NCBI GenBank assembly: GCA_963777605.1 | Contig: CAVZRV010000035.1 | Span: 224,001 to 288,000 of the forward strand | DNA from: an uncultured Acidobacteriota bacterium | GTDB taxonomy: Bacteria > Acidobacteriota > UBA6911 > RPQK01 > JAPXNP01 | DNA: 64,000 nucleotides | Direction of reading: 5' to 3' | In this document: in pieces, positions 30,035 through 38,868 of the stretch | Layout: each line of letters starts with the position of its first letter | How positions within the stretch are numbered: the first letter of the stretch is position 1 | Notes under the pieces: model-generated | Database searches by the model: none | What the model saw: the letters and a program-made list of their open reading frames with translations, nothing else | Told to the model about the DNA's origin: nothing | Position numbers and translations under genes: made by a program

Positions 30035-31540
30035 ATGAAACTCTCGAAGACACCATTCCTGGAGATTGTCGGTAAGCTGGAGGGGCGTAAGGCCTCCGGA
30101 ATCCTGGAGTTCCAGCAGCCTGAAACCCAGGAAAAGATCTACCTCTTCTTTTACGACGGCCAGGTCGAAGCGGCCTCCTCCAGCCGGCAGGAAACCTGCC
30201 TGGGCCAGTACCTGGTCCGGGAAAACCTCTTGAATCCGGACGACCTCGGGGGAATCTTGAAGCGGGCCGAGAAGGTTCACAAGCCACTGGGCGAAATTCT
30301 GGTCCAGGAAGACTGGATCGACCCCGCGGTGCTCGGTCAGATGGTGACCCGACAACTGGTCGATCTCTCTCTGCTGGCGATCAAGGGGAACTTCCTGCCC
30401 GGCACGTTCACGGGTTCGACCAAGGGGGCCATGAGACATCGAATTTACATGACCTCCTTCAACCTGACCCTGGCGATCATCCGCCGGCGTTCGGTTCAAC
30501 TCAGCCTGAATCCGGGACAGCGCGTCCTCCTGGTCGCCGACGCCATGCCTTCGGCCACATGGCTTCCCGATGAAGTATCGGTCATCAGCCACCTTCGCTA
30601 CCCGATCACGGTTGAGGATCTGGCCGAAAAGACGACGCTGGAAACCGGTCGTGTGAAGACGATCCTCCAGATGCTCGACGACCTGGAGTTGATCTCGCTC
30701 CTGGAAGGCAACCTGAGCGGGGAAACTGCTCTGGCGCGGCGGGAACGACTGCCGCTCGAGATTCTGGTTCCCGAGATCCGGAACTCGACACTCACTGAAA
30801 AGGTGGACCTCGTCAACCAGAACCACTCACCGGTGAGCGAACAGTTCCGGTCCCTCAAGGTCCGCCTCTCCAACCAGGTCGATCCGCCCGTGAAGATCCT
30901 GAGCGTCACCAGTCCGCGGGCCCAGGACGGGAAATCGCTCATCAGTATCAACCTGGCCATGAGTTTTGCCAAGGAACCGGGGCGCCGCGTCCTCCTGATT
31001 GACAGCGACCTCAGGGGCGCTTCGACCCACGAAAAGATGGGAATCTCCATGGAGCCGGGCCTCTATCACTACCTGCTGGAAGGTCTGGAGCCGCAGTGTT
31101 ACATCCGCCGGGTCGGCCAGCTCTACGTGATGACGGCCGGAAATTACGCCTCCAATGCCGTCGAACTGCTGTCCCTGAGCCGAATGCAGGATCTTATGGA
31201 ATTCGCCCAGCGCGAATTCGACACGGTAGTGGTGGATGCGCCGCCCATGCTTCCGGTGGCCGATGCGCGGATCATCACGCGGCTGACCGATGCCTCCGTA
31301 ATGGTCATCTACCAGGGAAAGACCCCCTATCGCATGATCCGCAAAGCCCTGGACATCATCGACCGTCGGAAACTGCTGGGCATCGTGTTGAATGGCGTCA
31401 AGGCGACCGGTCTCGAGGGCTACTACTCGTACGGGTACTACACCTCCGACCCATATCAATCCAGCAGTGACGTGATCGAGTTGAAGGCCAAGGCCCGCCG
31501 AAGAGGCCGCCGCAAGTCAACGCGAACCATATTTGGGTAG
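30035..31540 (+). CDS. CpsD/CapB-type tyrosine kinase fused to an N-terminal DUF4388-like domain
   Basis: SEQFRSLK, TSPRAQDGKS (Walker A), LLIDSDLR, VVVDAPP and Tyr cluster GYYSYGYY. N-terminus has SGILEF...IYLFFYDGQV and LGQYLV...LGEILV. Confidence 0.85.
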   Translation: MKLSKTPFLEIVGKLEGRKASGILEFQQPETQEKIYLFFYDGQVEAASSSRQETCLGQYLVRENLLNPDDLGGILKRAEKVHKPLGEILVQEDWIDPAVLGQMVTRQLVDLSLLAIKGNFLPGTFTGSTKGAMRHRIYMTSFNLTLAIIRRRSVQLSLNPGQRVLLVADAMPSATWLPDEVSVISHLRYPITVEDLAEKTTLETGRVKTILQMLDDLELISLLEGNLSGETALARRERLPLEILVPEIRNSTLTEKVDLVNQNHSPVSEQFRSLKVRLSNQVDPPVKILSVTSPRAQDGKSLISINLAMSFAKEPGRRVLLIDSDLRGASTHEKMGISMEPGLYHYLLEGLEPQCYIRRVGQLYVMTAGNYASNAVELLSLSRMQDLMEFAQREFDTVVVDAPPMLPVADARIITRLTDASVMVIYQGKTPYRMIRKALDIIDRRKLLGIVLNGVKATGLEGYYSYGYYTSDPYQSSSDVIELKAKARRRGRRKSTRTIFG

Positions 31541-31631
31541 GGCGCGTTTTGGGAAATGGGTTTGGTAGACCGAGAGACGGGAAACGGGCAGAGGGTTCCT
31601 GGTTCCTGGTTCCTGGTTTCGGGTCGGTCCG

Positions 31632-31741
31632 ACGAGCCCCGCCTCGCGGGGCGGAATGGAGTAGCCCAGGACAGAGCGCAGCGGAGTCCTGGGTCCCCGG
31701 CATCGCGCGCATCTGAGTCCCGCCCTTGCGGGACGACATGG
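31632..31741. repeat. Solo arm of the GTAG-REP composite element
   Basis: GCCCCGC..GCGGGGC, GTAGCCCAGGAC..GTCCTGGGT (31661) and GAGTCCCGC..GCGGGAC, in the same order as at 25433. Confidence 0.75.
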
Positions 31742-32060
31742 CCTGTCGACACCGTGGAGAGGATTTGGAGTTGTGCACTGTCAGGTAGCGTCTTGGGCGG
31801 GAGACTGAGTTTGAAACTGCGGCATTCCAGAACCGCAAATTCGGTAATTGACCAGGAGAATCCTTATCCAGGAAACCGGGGGGCGCATATCTTAAACTCG
31901 GTTCCTTCTGACGAACCCAGACGCATGATTCCAACCCTCCCAGCAACCTCACACCATTAGTGCTCCGCTCCTGAAACCCGCTTACTGTTTCCCGAATCCC
32001 GAATTACACCAGGAACCAGAAATCAGAAACCAGAAACTCACACTTCTCCTCGTCCTGACC

Positions 32061-34343
32061 TTGCTCTGGGCCTTCTCCGGAATCGCAATTGCCGCCGGAA
32101 GTGCGAGGGTGATGGTCGTCGTCAACCAGGCCAGCCCTGATTCCCTGTTGGTCGGGGGCCTCTACACCGAAAAGAGACAACTGGCCCCGGAACAGGTCTG
32201 CCATATCAATACGGATCCATCGCTGGCGGTGACCCGGCGAACTTACGAGAAGGAGATCCGGGATCCCATCGCCGACTGCCTGCTCTCGCGGGAGTTGCAG
32301 GACCGGGTTCTTTACCTGGTTACAACAGCCGGAGTTCCACTCTGGATCAAGGGCGACCCCGGCCCGGTTGGAGATCTGTCATCGGTCGACTCCGAGCTGA
32401 CTCTGCTCTACCGCCACCTGGTCGGACAGCGCACCCCGGTAATGAGCCGGGTGGTCAACCCGTACTTTCAAATGGATATTGAGCGGAGACAGGTGGAACC
32501 GTTCAACCGGAAAGACTGGGACCTCTACCTGGTAACCCGGCTCGACTGCAGCGGCTCGAGCGAGTGCGCCCAACTCATCGAACGCGGTGAAGTTGAGTCA
32601 TCGTCGGGAGCTTTCGGATTCGACCTCCCCTCCCAGCAGCAGAGCCAGATCGGCTTGTGGTTCGAAGAAACCGCGGGACGGCTCCGGCGACAGAAGCAGG
32701 AAGTGGTGCTGGAAGATACCTCCGCGCCGCTGACTCTTGAACAACCGGCACTCGGCTACTGCGCTCTCGAGCAACAGAATGAAACCGCCTCGATTCCCGT
32801 AATCAGGTGGGCCCCGGGCGGGCTTGGCGTCCTTCTCGGGGATACCTGGAGCGCGCTGGTGTGCCGTTCGAGGGAATCCGACACGGAGAAAGGGTCCTGT
32901 CCTCCGAACCTGGTCGAGGAACTGGTCGCCTCCGGGTCAACCGGAGCCATCTTCAATGTCTCCGATCCCACAACCGACGGATTCGTTCGTCCCCAGATTC
33001 TTTTCCCGGCCTACCTGGCCGGCTACAACCTGGCCGAGAGTGCCTATCGGGCGACCCGCTACCTGAGCTGGCACCAGGTCGTAGTGGGCGATCCGCTGGC
33101 CCGCATTGCGAAGGCTCCCGCGAAATCGGACTGGGTGGACGCGGTCGATGAGACGACCGGGTTGCCCCGCGATTACTCCCAGCGGCGGTTCGAATTCCTG
33201 CGGCGTCGCTACGCGACCAGTGAAGAAGCCCTGAGATTCTTGCTTCGGGCCGAAGCCGCGGCGAATCGCCTCGGCCTGCAACGCCAGGTCGCGGACGCAA
33301 TCGACAAGGGCTCGGACAGCCCAGGAGATGTCACCAACGGCGCGGCGTCCGCCACAGCCAGCACCGGAAATTTGGTGCCAAACAACCCGGATTCGAGCGA
33401 ACTTGATTCGATTCTCACATTGGTCGACGACTGCCTGACGAGGGACCCATCCATCACCGAGGCGGTCGAAATGAGGGCCGGAATTCTTCTGTTACGGGAG
33501 CAGTGGGAAGAGGCGTTCAAAGCGCTTGAAGAAGTTATCCGGCTCCACGGGGGAGATGAGGCCGACCTTCATCTCCGCCTCGCCCAACTGGCTCTTGATC
33601 ACCTCCAGGATTGGGAACGCGCGGCGCCCCACGCCGAGTGGCTGTTCTCCAGGTTCGGATACAGTGACCCCCAGGTTGTCCAGTTGTGGGCACGTGTCCA
33701 GGCGCTGAGCGGGAAACCGGACCAGGCCGAGGCGGCATACCTGAGAGTGGTCAAAGGAGGGACTCCAGCACCGGCCTACGCCCTTGAGGGATTGGGTGAC
33801 GTCTATGCGGCCAAGGGCGACGCGAAGCTGGCAGAACAGTATTACCGTCGCGCCGAAGAACAGGGCAATGCCTTGACGGTTGCCCGGATTGAGAGCAAGG
33901 TCGGGAAACTTCAACCCCCCGGGCACCAGGTTATCGAAGCCCGGGAGGATACGAACACCGATGCTGGACAAGCACCCGCTTCAATTCAGGCAATCGACGC
34001 CGGTGCGGAATCGGTCGAGCCGGTGAAGGAGTCGCCGGCGAAACCTGCGGAGGAGAACATTTCGAGTCTGAACCGACCGGCCCGGGTGGTCGCACGAACC
34101 CCCATCGAGTTCCCCCGTAAGGCCGAAAAGGAGTGGCGCTCGGGCCGCATCGTTTTGCGCCTGATGATCGACGAGCGAGGCCAGTTGGTGAACGTCGAGC
34201 CCGTCATGGGGGACGACAAGGTTCTCCTGCGAGCGGCCGAACAGGGAGTGCACCGATGGCGCTTTGAACCGAAGCTCGTTAACGGCCGCCCCGAGGTTGA
34301 CTCCATCAACGTCGTAATCGACTTCGAACTGACGGAGAAATGA
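32061..34343 (+). CDS. TIGR03790-like domain, TPR repeats and C-terminal TonB-like domain
   Basis: SSVDSELTLL, YLVTRLD and GYNLAES...LSWHQVVVGDPL (TIGR03790-like); helical TPR region; IDERGQL...RWRFEPKLVNGRP (TonB_C). Confidence 0.75.
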   Translation: MLWAFSGIAIAAGSARVMVVVNQASPDSLLVGGLYTEKRQLAPEQVCHINTDPSLAVTRRTYEKEIRDPIADCLLSRELQDRVLYLVTTAGVPLWIKGDPGPVGDLSSVDSELTLLYRHLVGQRTPVMSRVVNPYFQMDIERRQVEPFNRKDWDLYLVTRLDCSGSSECAQLIERGEVESSSGAFGFDLPSQQQSQIGLWFEETAGRLRRQKQEVVLEDTSAPLTLEQPALGYCALEQQNETASIPVIRWAPGGLGVLLGDTWSALVCRSRESDTEKGSCPPNLVEELVASGSTGAIFNVSDPTTDGFVRPQILFPAYLAGYNLAESAYRATRYLSWHQVVVGDPLARIAKAPAKSDWVDAVDETTGLPRDYSQRRFEFLRRRYATSEEALRFLLRAEAAANRLGLQRQVADAIDKGSDSPGDVTNGAASATASTGNLVPNNPDSSELDSILTLVDDCLTRDPSITEAVEMRAGILLLREQWEEAFKALEEVIRLHGGDEADLHLRLAQLALDHLQDWERAAPHAEWLFSRFGYSDPQVVQLWARVQALSGKPDQAEAAYLRVVKGGTPAPAYALEGLGDVYAAKGDAKLAEQYYRRAEEQGNALTVARIESKVGKLQPPGHQVIEAREDTNTDAGQAPASIQAIDAGAESVEPVKESPAKPAEENISSLNRPARVVARTPIEFPRKAEKEWRSGRIVLRLMIDERGQLVNVEPVMGDDKVLLRAAEQGVHRWRFEPKLVNGRPEVDSINVVIDFELTEK

Positions 34344-34392
34344 GAGACAGGAGACAGGAGACAGAACAGGAAGGGATTGTTGACTGTTTCTG

Positions 34393-34460
34393 GATTCAGG
34401 ATTCAGGATTCAGGATTCGGTTCCAGGATTCGGAATTCTGAATTCGGGATTCTGAATTCT
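34393..34460. repeat. Heptamer tandem repeats (GGATTCA)n and variants
   Basis: ggattcaggattcaggattcaggattc...gaattctgaattc. Confidence 0.75.
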
Positions 34461-34699
34461 CGTTATTAGGAGCTTGGATGGTTGGACGGGATCGAGAAAG
34501 CGGACGGAGGCCCCTGAAGGGGGCCATGGTTTCAGCCCACGCTTTAGCCTGGGAAAAGCTTGGGCCTACCCACCGCCCCGGCCCTGAAGGGGTCGACCGA
34601 TCAACAGTATCGCGGTACCCTCATGGGGCTCCTCAGCGCGCATTCAGAGGTACTCCGACTAGCCTGACACCCCATCCCGCGTAAAATGGGAGAAGAATT

Positions 34700-37011
34700 A
34701 TGATTCGACACTATAGTTTCTTAGTGCTTCTGATGTTGGCGGTCCTGGCGGGCTGCTCCTCTGACCCGATTGCACAGCGGGACGAGTACTTCAAGAGCGG
34801 CCAGGCATACCTTGAGAAAGGTCAGTACGAAGAGGCGACCATCCAGTTCCTGAACGCCCTCAAAGCCGACGGCTCCTACGCGCCGGCTCGGATGGCCCTG
34901 ATTGAGACCTACGAGAAGTCGGGCAACCTCCGCAACGCCATCGTCGAACTCCGGAAGGTGATTGAAGCCGACCCGGCGAACGTGGACGCCAAGCTCAAGC
35001 TGGGACGGTACTACCTGGCGGCCGGGACCCAGGACTCTCAGTACTTCGAAGAGGCCCAAAGACTCGCGGAGGAAGTCCTCAAGACCGACCCGAACAATGT
35101 CCAGGGGCACATCCTGCTGGGCAACGCCTATGCCGGCATGCAGGACTTCGACCGATCCATTGAGGCGCTGCAGGAGGCCCTCAAGAGCCGACCCGGGCAA
35201 CATCGACGCCTATCTCAACATGGGTGCCGCGCGTTTCGGCCAGAAGGACTCGGCCGCTGCCGAAGCCGCCTTTAAGGAGGCGGTCAGAGCAGAACCCCAA
35301 CTCGGCGAAGGCCTACCTGGGTCTGGGAAACTTCTACCTCTTCTCGGGCCGCATCGACGAAGGAGAGCAGGCGTTCAGAAAGGCGTTTGAACTGGAGCCA
35401 GGCAGCCCTGCGCCGCTGCTCGCCCTGGTTCGCCTCTACATGGCAAAGGGGAGTCCCGACAAAGCGGCCCAGGTTTTCGAAGACGCCGCCAAGGCCGCTT
35501 CAGATCCGACTCCTATTCGACTGATGCAGGCCAACTTCCTGGTCTCGCAGCGACAGTTCGACCGGGCCGCCGAGTTGCTCCAGGGTCTGCAGGAGAAGGA
35601 CCCGGGAAATCGGGATGTCACCCTGCAACTGGCCGAACTTCGCCTCATCCAGAACAAGCCAGAGGAAGCCGCTCCCCTGGTCGATTCCGTACTCGAGAAG
35701 AATGACCGGGACGCCAACGCCCACTACCTCAAGGCGCGCATCCTGCTGACGAAACAGGACTTCGCTCCGGCTCTGACGGAAGTCAGCCGGGCCATCGAAC
35801 TCGATCCTACCCTGGTTGCCCCCCACCTCCTCCAGGCCGACCTGCTCCAGCAGAAAGGGCAACTGGCGGACGCGGAAAAGGCGGCCCGGGCCGCCCTCGA
35901 ACTGAACCGGAACAACCCCGACGCGCGGGCTCGGGTGGCCAAAATGCTGGCCCTTCAAAAGAAATCCCAGGCCGACCTGGAGATGGCGCTCAGCGAAGCG
36001 AATGACGTGCTGTCCCAGTTCCCCAACAACATCGACGCACTCTCGGCAGGGCCGAAGCACTGCTCGCACTCGGTCGACTGCCGGAGGCGCGCCGCGACTT
36101 CGAGGCCCTCGACAAGGCCCGGCCCGACAACCCCTTCTACATCCACCGGCTGGGTATTTTGGCAGCACTCGAAGGCAAACCCGAAGAGGCCCTCTCCTAT
36201 TTTCGGCGCGCCCTTGCCAATATCCCGAACGTTACCGATGCACTGAACGACATGGTGGCCGTTCTGGTTCAGGAGAAACGCTACGACGAAGCGATTCGGG
36301 AGCTGGACCAGCTTTCCAGCCAAGTCGGACAAGAAGCAGATCTATCTCGTGCTGAAGGGCCGCGTCTACATGGCCAAGGGGGATTACGCCCAGGCGGAGA
36401 AAGAACTTCGGGAGGCGGTCGCCGTCAGTCCCGACGACTATCAACCCTACCTGTTGCTGGGCGAACTGATGATGGCCCAGAAGAAGCTTCCTGAAGCGAT
36501 CAAGGAAGTGGACGAACTGATCGCCAAGAACAACCAGTTCGCGCCGGCCTATCTCCTCAAGGCTTACTACCTGGATGCCTCGGGCAAACGGTGCCGAGGC
36601 CGTTCAGTTCTATCGCAAGAGCCTGGAGTTCTTTCCCGAAGACAGCCCGGGTTACGGGGCGGCCGCCAATAACCTGGCCTGGCTGCTTGCGAGCCGGGGC
36701 GAGAGACCTGACCGAGGCCTTGAGCCTGGCCCAGCGGGCCCGACAAGATCGACGGCCAGAACGCGCACTATGCCGACACGCTCGGCTACATCTACTACAA
36801 GATGGGCAATTACACGCTCGCCGTGGACCAGTACGAGTTCTCCGTCAACCAGGGTGAGCCTCAGGCCCAGCACTACTACCGGCTCGGCATGGCCTATTTC
36901 AAGAAGGGCGACAGCATCCACGCCAAGCAGACCCTCCGCAAGGCGCTCGAGATGTCGCAGAACTTCGACGGCGTCGCCGAAGCAAAGACCACCCTGGCGG
37001 AAATAGGGTAG
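34700..37011 (+). CDS. TPR-repeat lipoprotein, PrsT-like (PEP-CTERM system), broken by several frameshifts
   Basis: Lipobox LAGC. TPR repeats run across ORFs 34700, 35224, 36159, 36349, 36575 and 36802, including AANNLAWLL, ADTLGYIYYK and YRLGMAY. Confidence 0.8.
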
Positions 37012-37267
37012 GAGCGACCAGGAACCAGCCCCCTAAACGCCGACAAGCAGCCGGCATAACCACGCCAGGGAGAGATCGCGGAAGGCGCTCGAGCTTTCGG
37101 CTGATTTCGACGGCGCTGCCGAGGCACGGAGTACGCTGGCGGAAAATGGATGATTCAAGGGTTTCGAGGTTCCGGGGTTTCAGGTTTCCGGTGCCTGGGG
37201 CTTGGTTTTTGGGTATTGGGGATCGGCTTCTTCGAGGGGGTCGTGCAGCCCGACACCGGCTTCGGGC

Positions 37268-37378
37268 TGAGCACCGCTTCTGGCGAGGCGTTATGAAGTA
37301 GCCCAGGACGCAGCCGAAGGCGTAGTCCTGGGTCAACTCAGTGAACGGCCCCGAGCCCGACCCGGTCGGGCGGCATGT
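37268..37378. repeat. Solo arm of the GTAG-REP composite element (divergent)
   Basis: GTAGCCCAGGAC..GTCCTGGGT at 37298 followed by GAGCCCGACC..GGTCGGGCGGCATG. Confidence 0.7.
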
Positions 37379-37583
37379 CAGCTCCGACACAGGCCGATCC
37401 TCCTGACCGCCCCGCCGACGCCGGCCTGAGGAGAACGACCGTTTTCCGCGTCTCACTGCTCGTGCTGAGGAATCTTTCGTTGGAACGCACCAATTGGGAG
37501 TGTGTGAACAGGAACCCGGAACGTTGAACCAGGAACCCGCCGGCAAACCTCGGGACCTATCATTACTTCTGGCTTTCAAGCCC

Positions 37584-37724
37584 TGTAATCTTTTCCGACA
37601 CTTTCCCTCCATTTACAGAGAATCGCCAAATTCCATAGTACCCACTTCATTGCCGTAACCTGCAGATTCTAATTCTCTTGTGGCTCTGTGTAATGCACAT
37701 TCAGAACTCTGGCATGGATCATGC
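37584..37724 (+). promoter_or_regulatory. Sigma54 (-24/-12) promoter with an upstream candidate enhancer site
   Basis: TGGCATGGATCATGC (37710-37724) has the GG-N10-GC spacing. TGTAATCTTTTCCGACA (TGT-N11-ACA) lies at 37584-37600. Confidence 0.65.
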
Positions 37725-37759
37725 TGCAAGTTAAAGGAGAAAACGGAGTTTGTCTTCTT

Positions 37760-38377
37760 ATGAATAGAAAATCCTCTCTCGCCTTAATTGCCCTGTTGTT
37801 TCTTTGCCTGACGCCAGCAATGGCGGATCCGGTGTTCTATTTCAACTCATCCAGTCTTGACGGAAACACAACACTCGATGGATCCCAGTTCAAGTTGACG
37901 ATCTCAAGTGAGGCAGGAGGGACACAGATCGGTTTCTTGTTCTCCAATCTTGGACCTGTGGCTTCCAACCTTACAGAGATTTACTGGCATGACTCTCTGA
38001 GATTACTGAATGGCTACGTGACCCCACTCCAAACTGGTTGGAGCGACTCTGCCAGTCCAGGACATCTGCCGGGTGGCAACCCGTCTGATGCTTACTGGAG
38101 CCCTGAAGCGGATGTGGGCAGCGACGCTTCGGCAGGTCTCTCGCCAGGAGAGTCGGCGAAGTTCTTCTTTTACTTGGCTGGAAACCATACTCCTGCGGAT
38201 GTAGCTGGAGCGATCGCAAGCGGAGCGATGCCGATTGGAATCCATGTTCGCAGTATTGACGGTGGTTATGTGGTGAAGAGTGACAGTGATGCTTTTCTTC
38301 TTCGCGTCCCGGAGCCGGGCACTCTGTTTCTCTTGGGTTTTGGACTGCTGGGCCTTGGCCTGAAACGCCGAATCTAG
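37760..38377 (+). CDS. PEP-CTERM sorting-domain protein
   Basis: Signal peptide (..TPAMA), Ser/Gly-rich body and C-terminal VPEPGTLFLLGFGLLGLGLKRRI. Confidence 0.93.
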   Translation: MNRKSSLALIALLFLCLTPAMADPVFYFNSSSLDGNTTLDGSQFKLTISSEAGGTQIGFLFSNLGPVASNLTEIYWHDSLRLLNGYVTPLQTGWSDSASPGHLPGGNPSDAYWSPEADVGSDASAGLSPGESAKFFFYLAGNHTPADVAGAIASGAMPIGIHVRSIDGGYVVKSDSDAFLLRVPEPGTLFLLGFGLLGLGLKRRI

Positions 38378-38417
38378 TCGCAGTCGCCTCTCTGCACTAT
38401 CAGAACTGCTGATGATC

Positions 38418-38457
38418 ACGGCCGGTTGCTCTCCAGGGTAGCCGGCCGTTTCCTTTG
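38418..38457 (+). terminator. Probable intrinsic terminator
   Basis: ACGGCCGG..CCGGCCGT stem followed by TTCCTTT, downstream of the PEP-CTERM gene. Confidence 0.5.
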
Positions 38458-38868
38458 AGAATTCGCGAGGCTTCAAGGCTCTCGGAGTGTCGAGTCCTGG
38501 CTCTAACGGTTACAGATAGGCAGGGCCGTCCGATCGGCGGGAAGTATTCAGCGGGGAAACTGTTGCGCGAAGCGTGGAAAGGACGGACCGAGGCCGGAAG
38601 TTTCGGTACGCGAATGCAATGAGCGCGACGCCTGATCGACTCAACCGCCAGACCTGGATCTGGCTTCGAACCCTGATGGATTCGGCTTTCGGCAGCACTG
38701 GTATTGGTTATTGAGCTTCCGGAGAAGCGCTCATTACCACTCGCGTACTTGTTCGCGGAGGTTCCTGCCGCGCAGACTCCTAGCTGGCCCCCGAGCAGAA
38801 AGGAAAACCAAACCCGGGAAATCTCTTTGACTCGGATTCAGAATAGATCGTAATCAAGGTGGGGAATT

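Noticed and set aside
34700-37011. Programmed frameshifting or several separate TPR genes
   Set aside because: TPR repeats continue across frames at irregular single-base indels, which is more consistent with sequence error.
38460-38868. Possible ncRNA or small gene between the PEP-CTERM gene and the NRPS end
   Set aside because: No recognisable structure, RBS-supported ORF or family motif.
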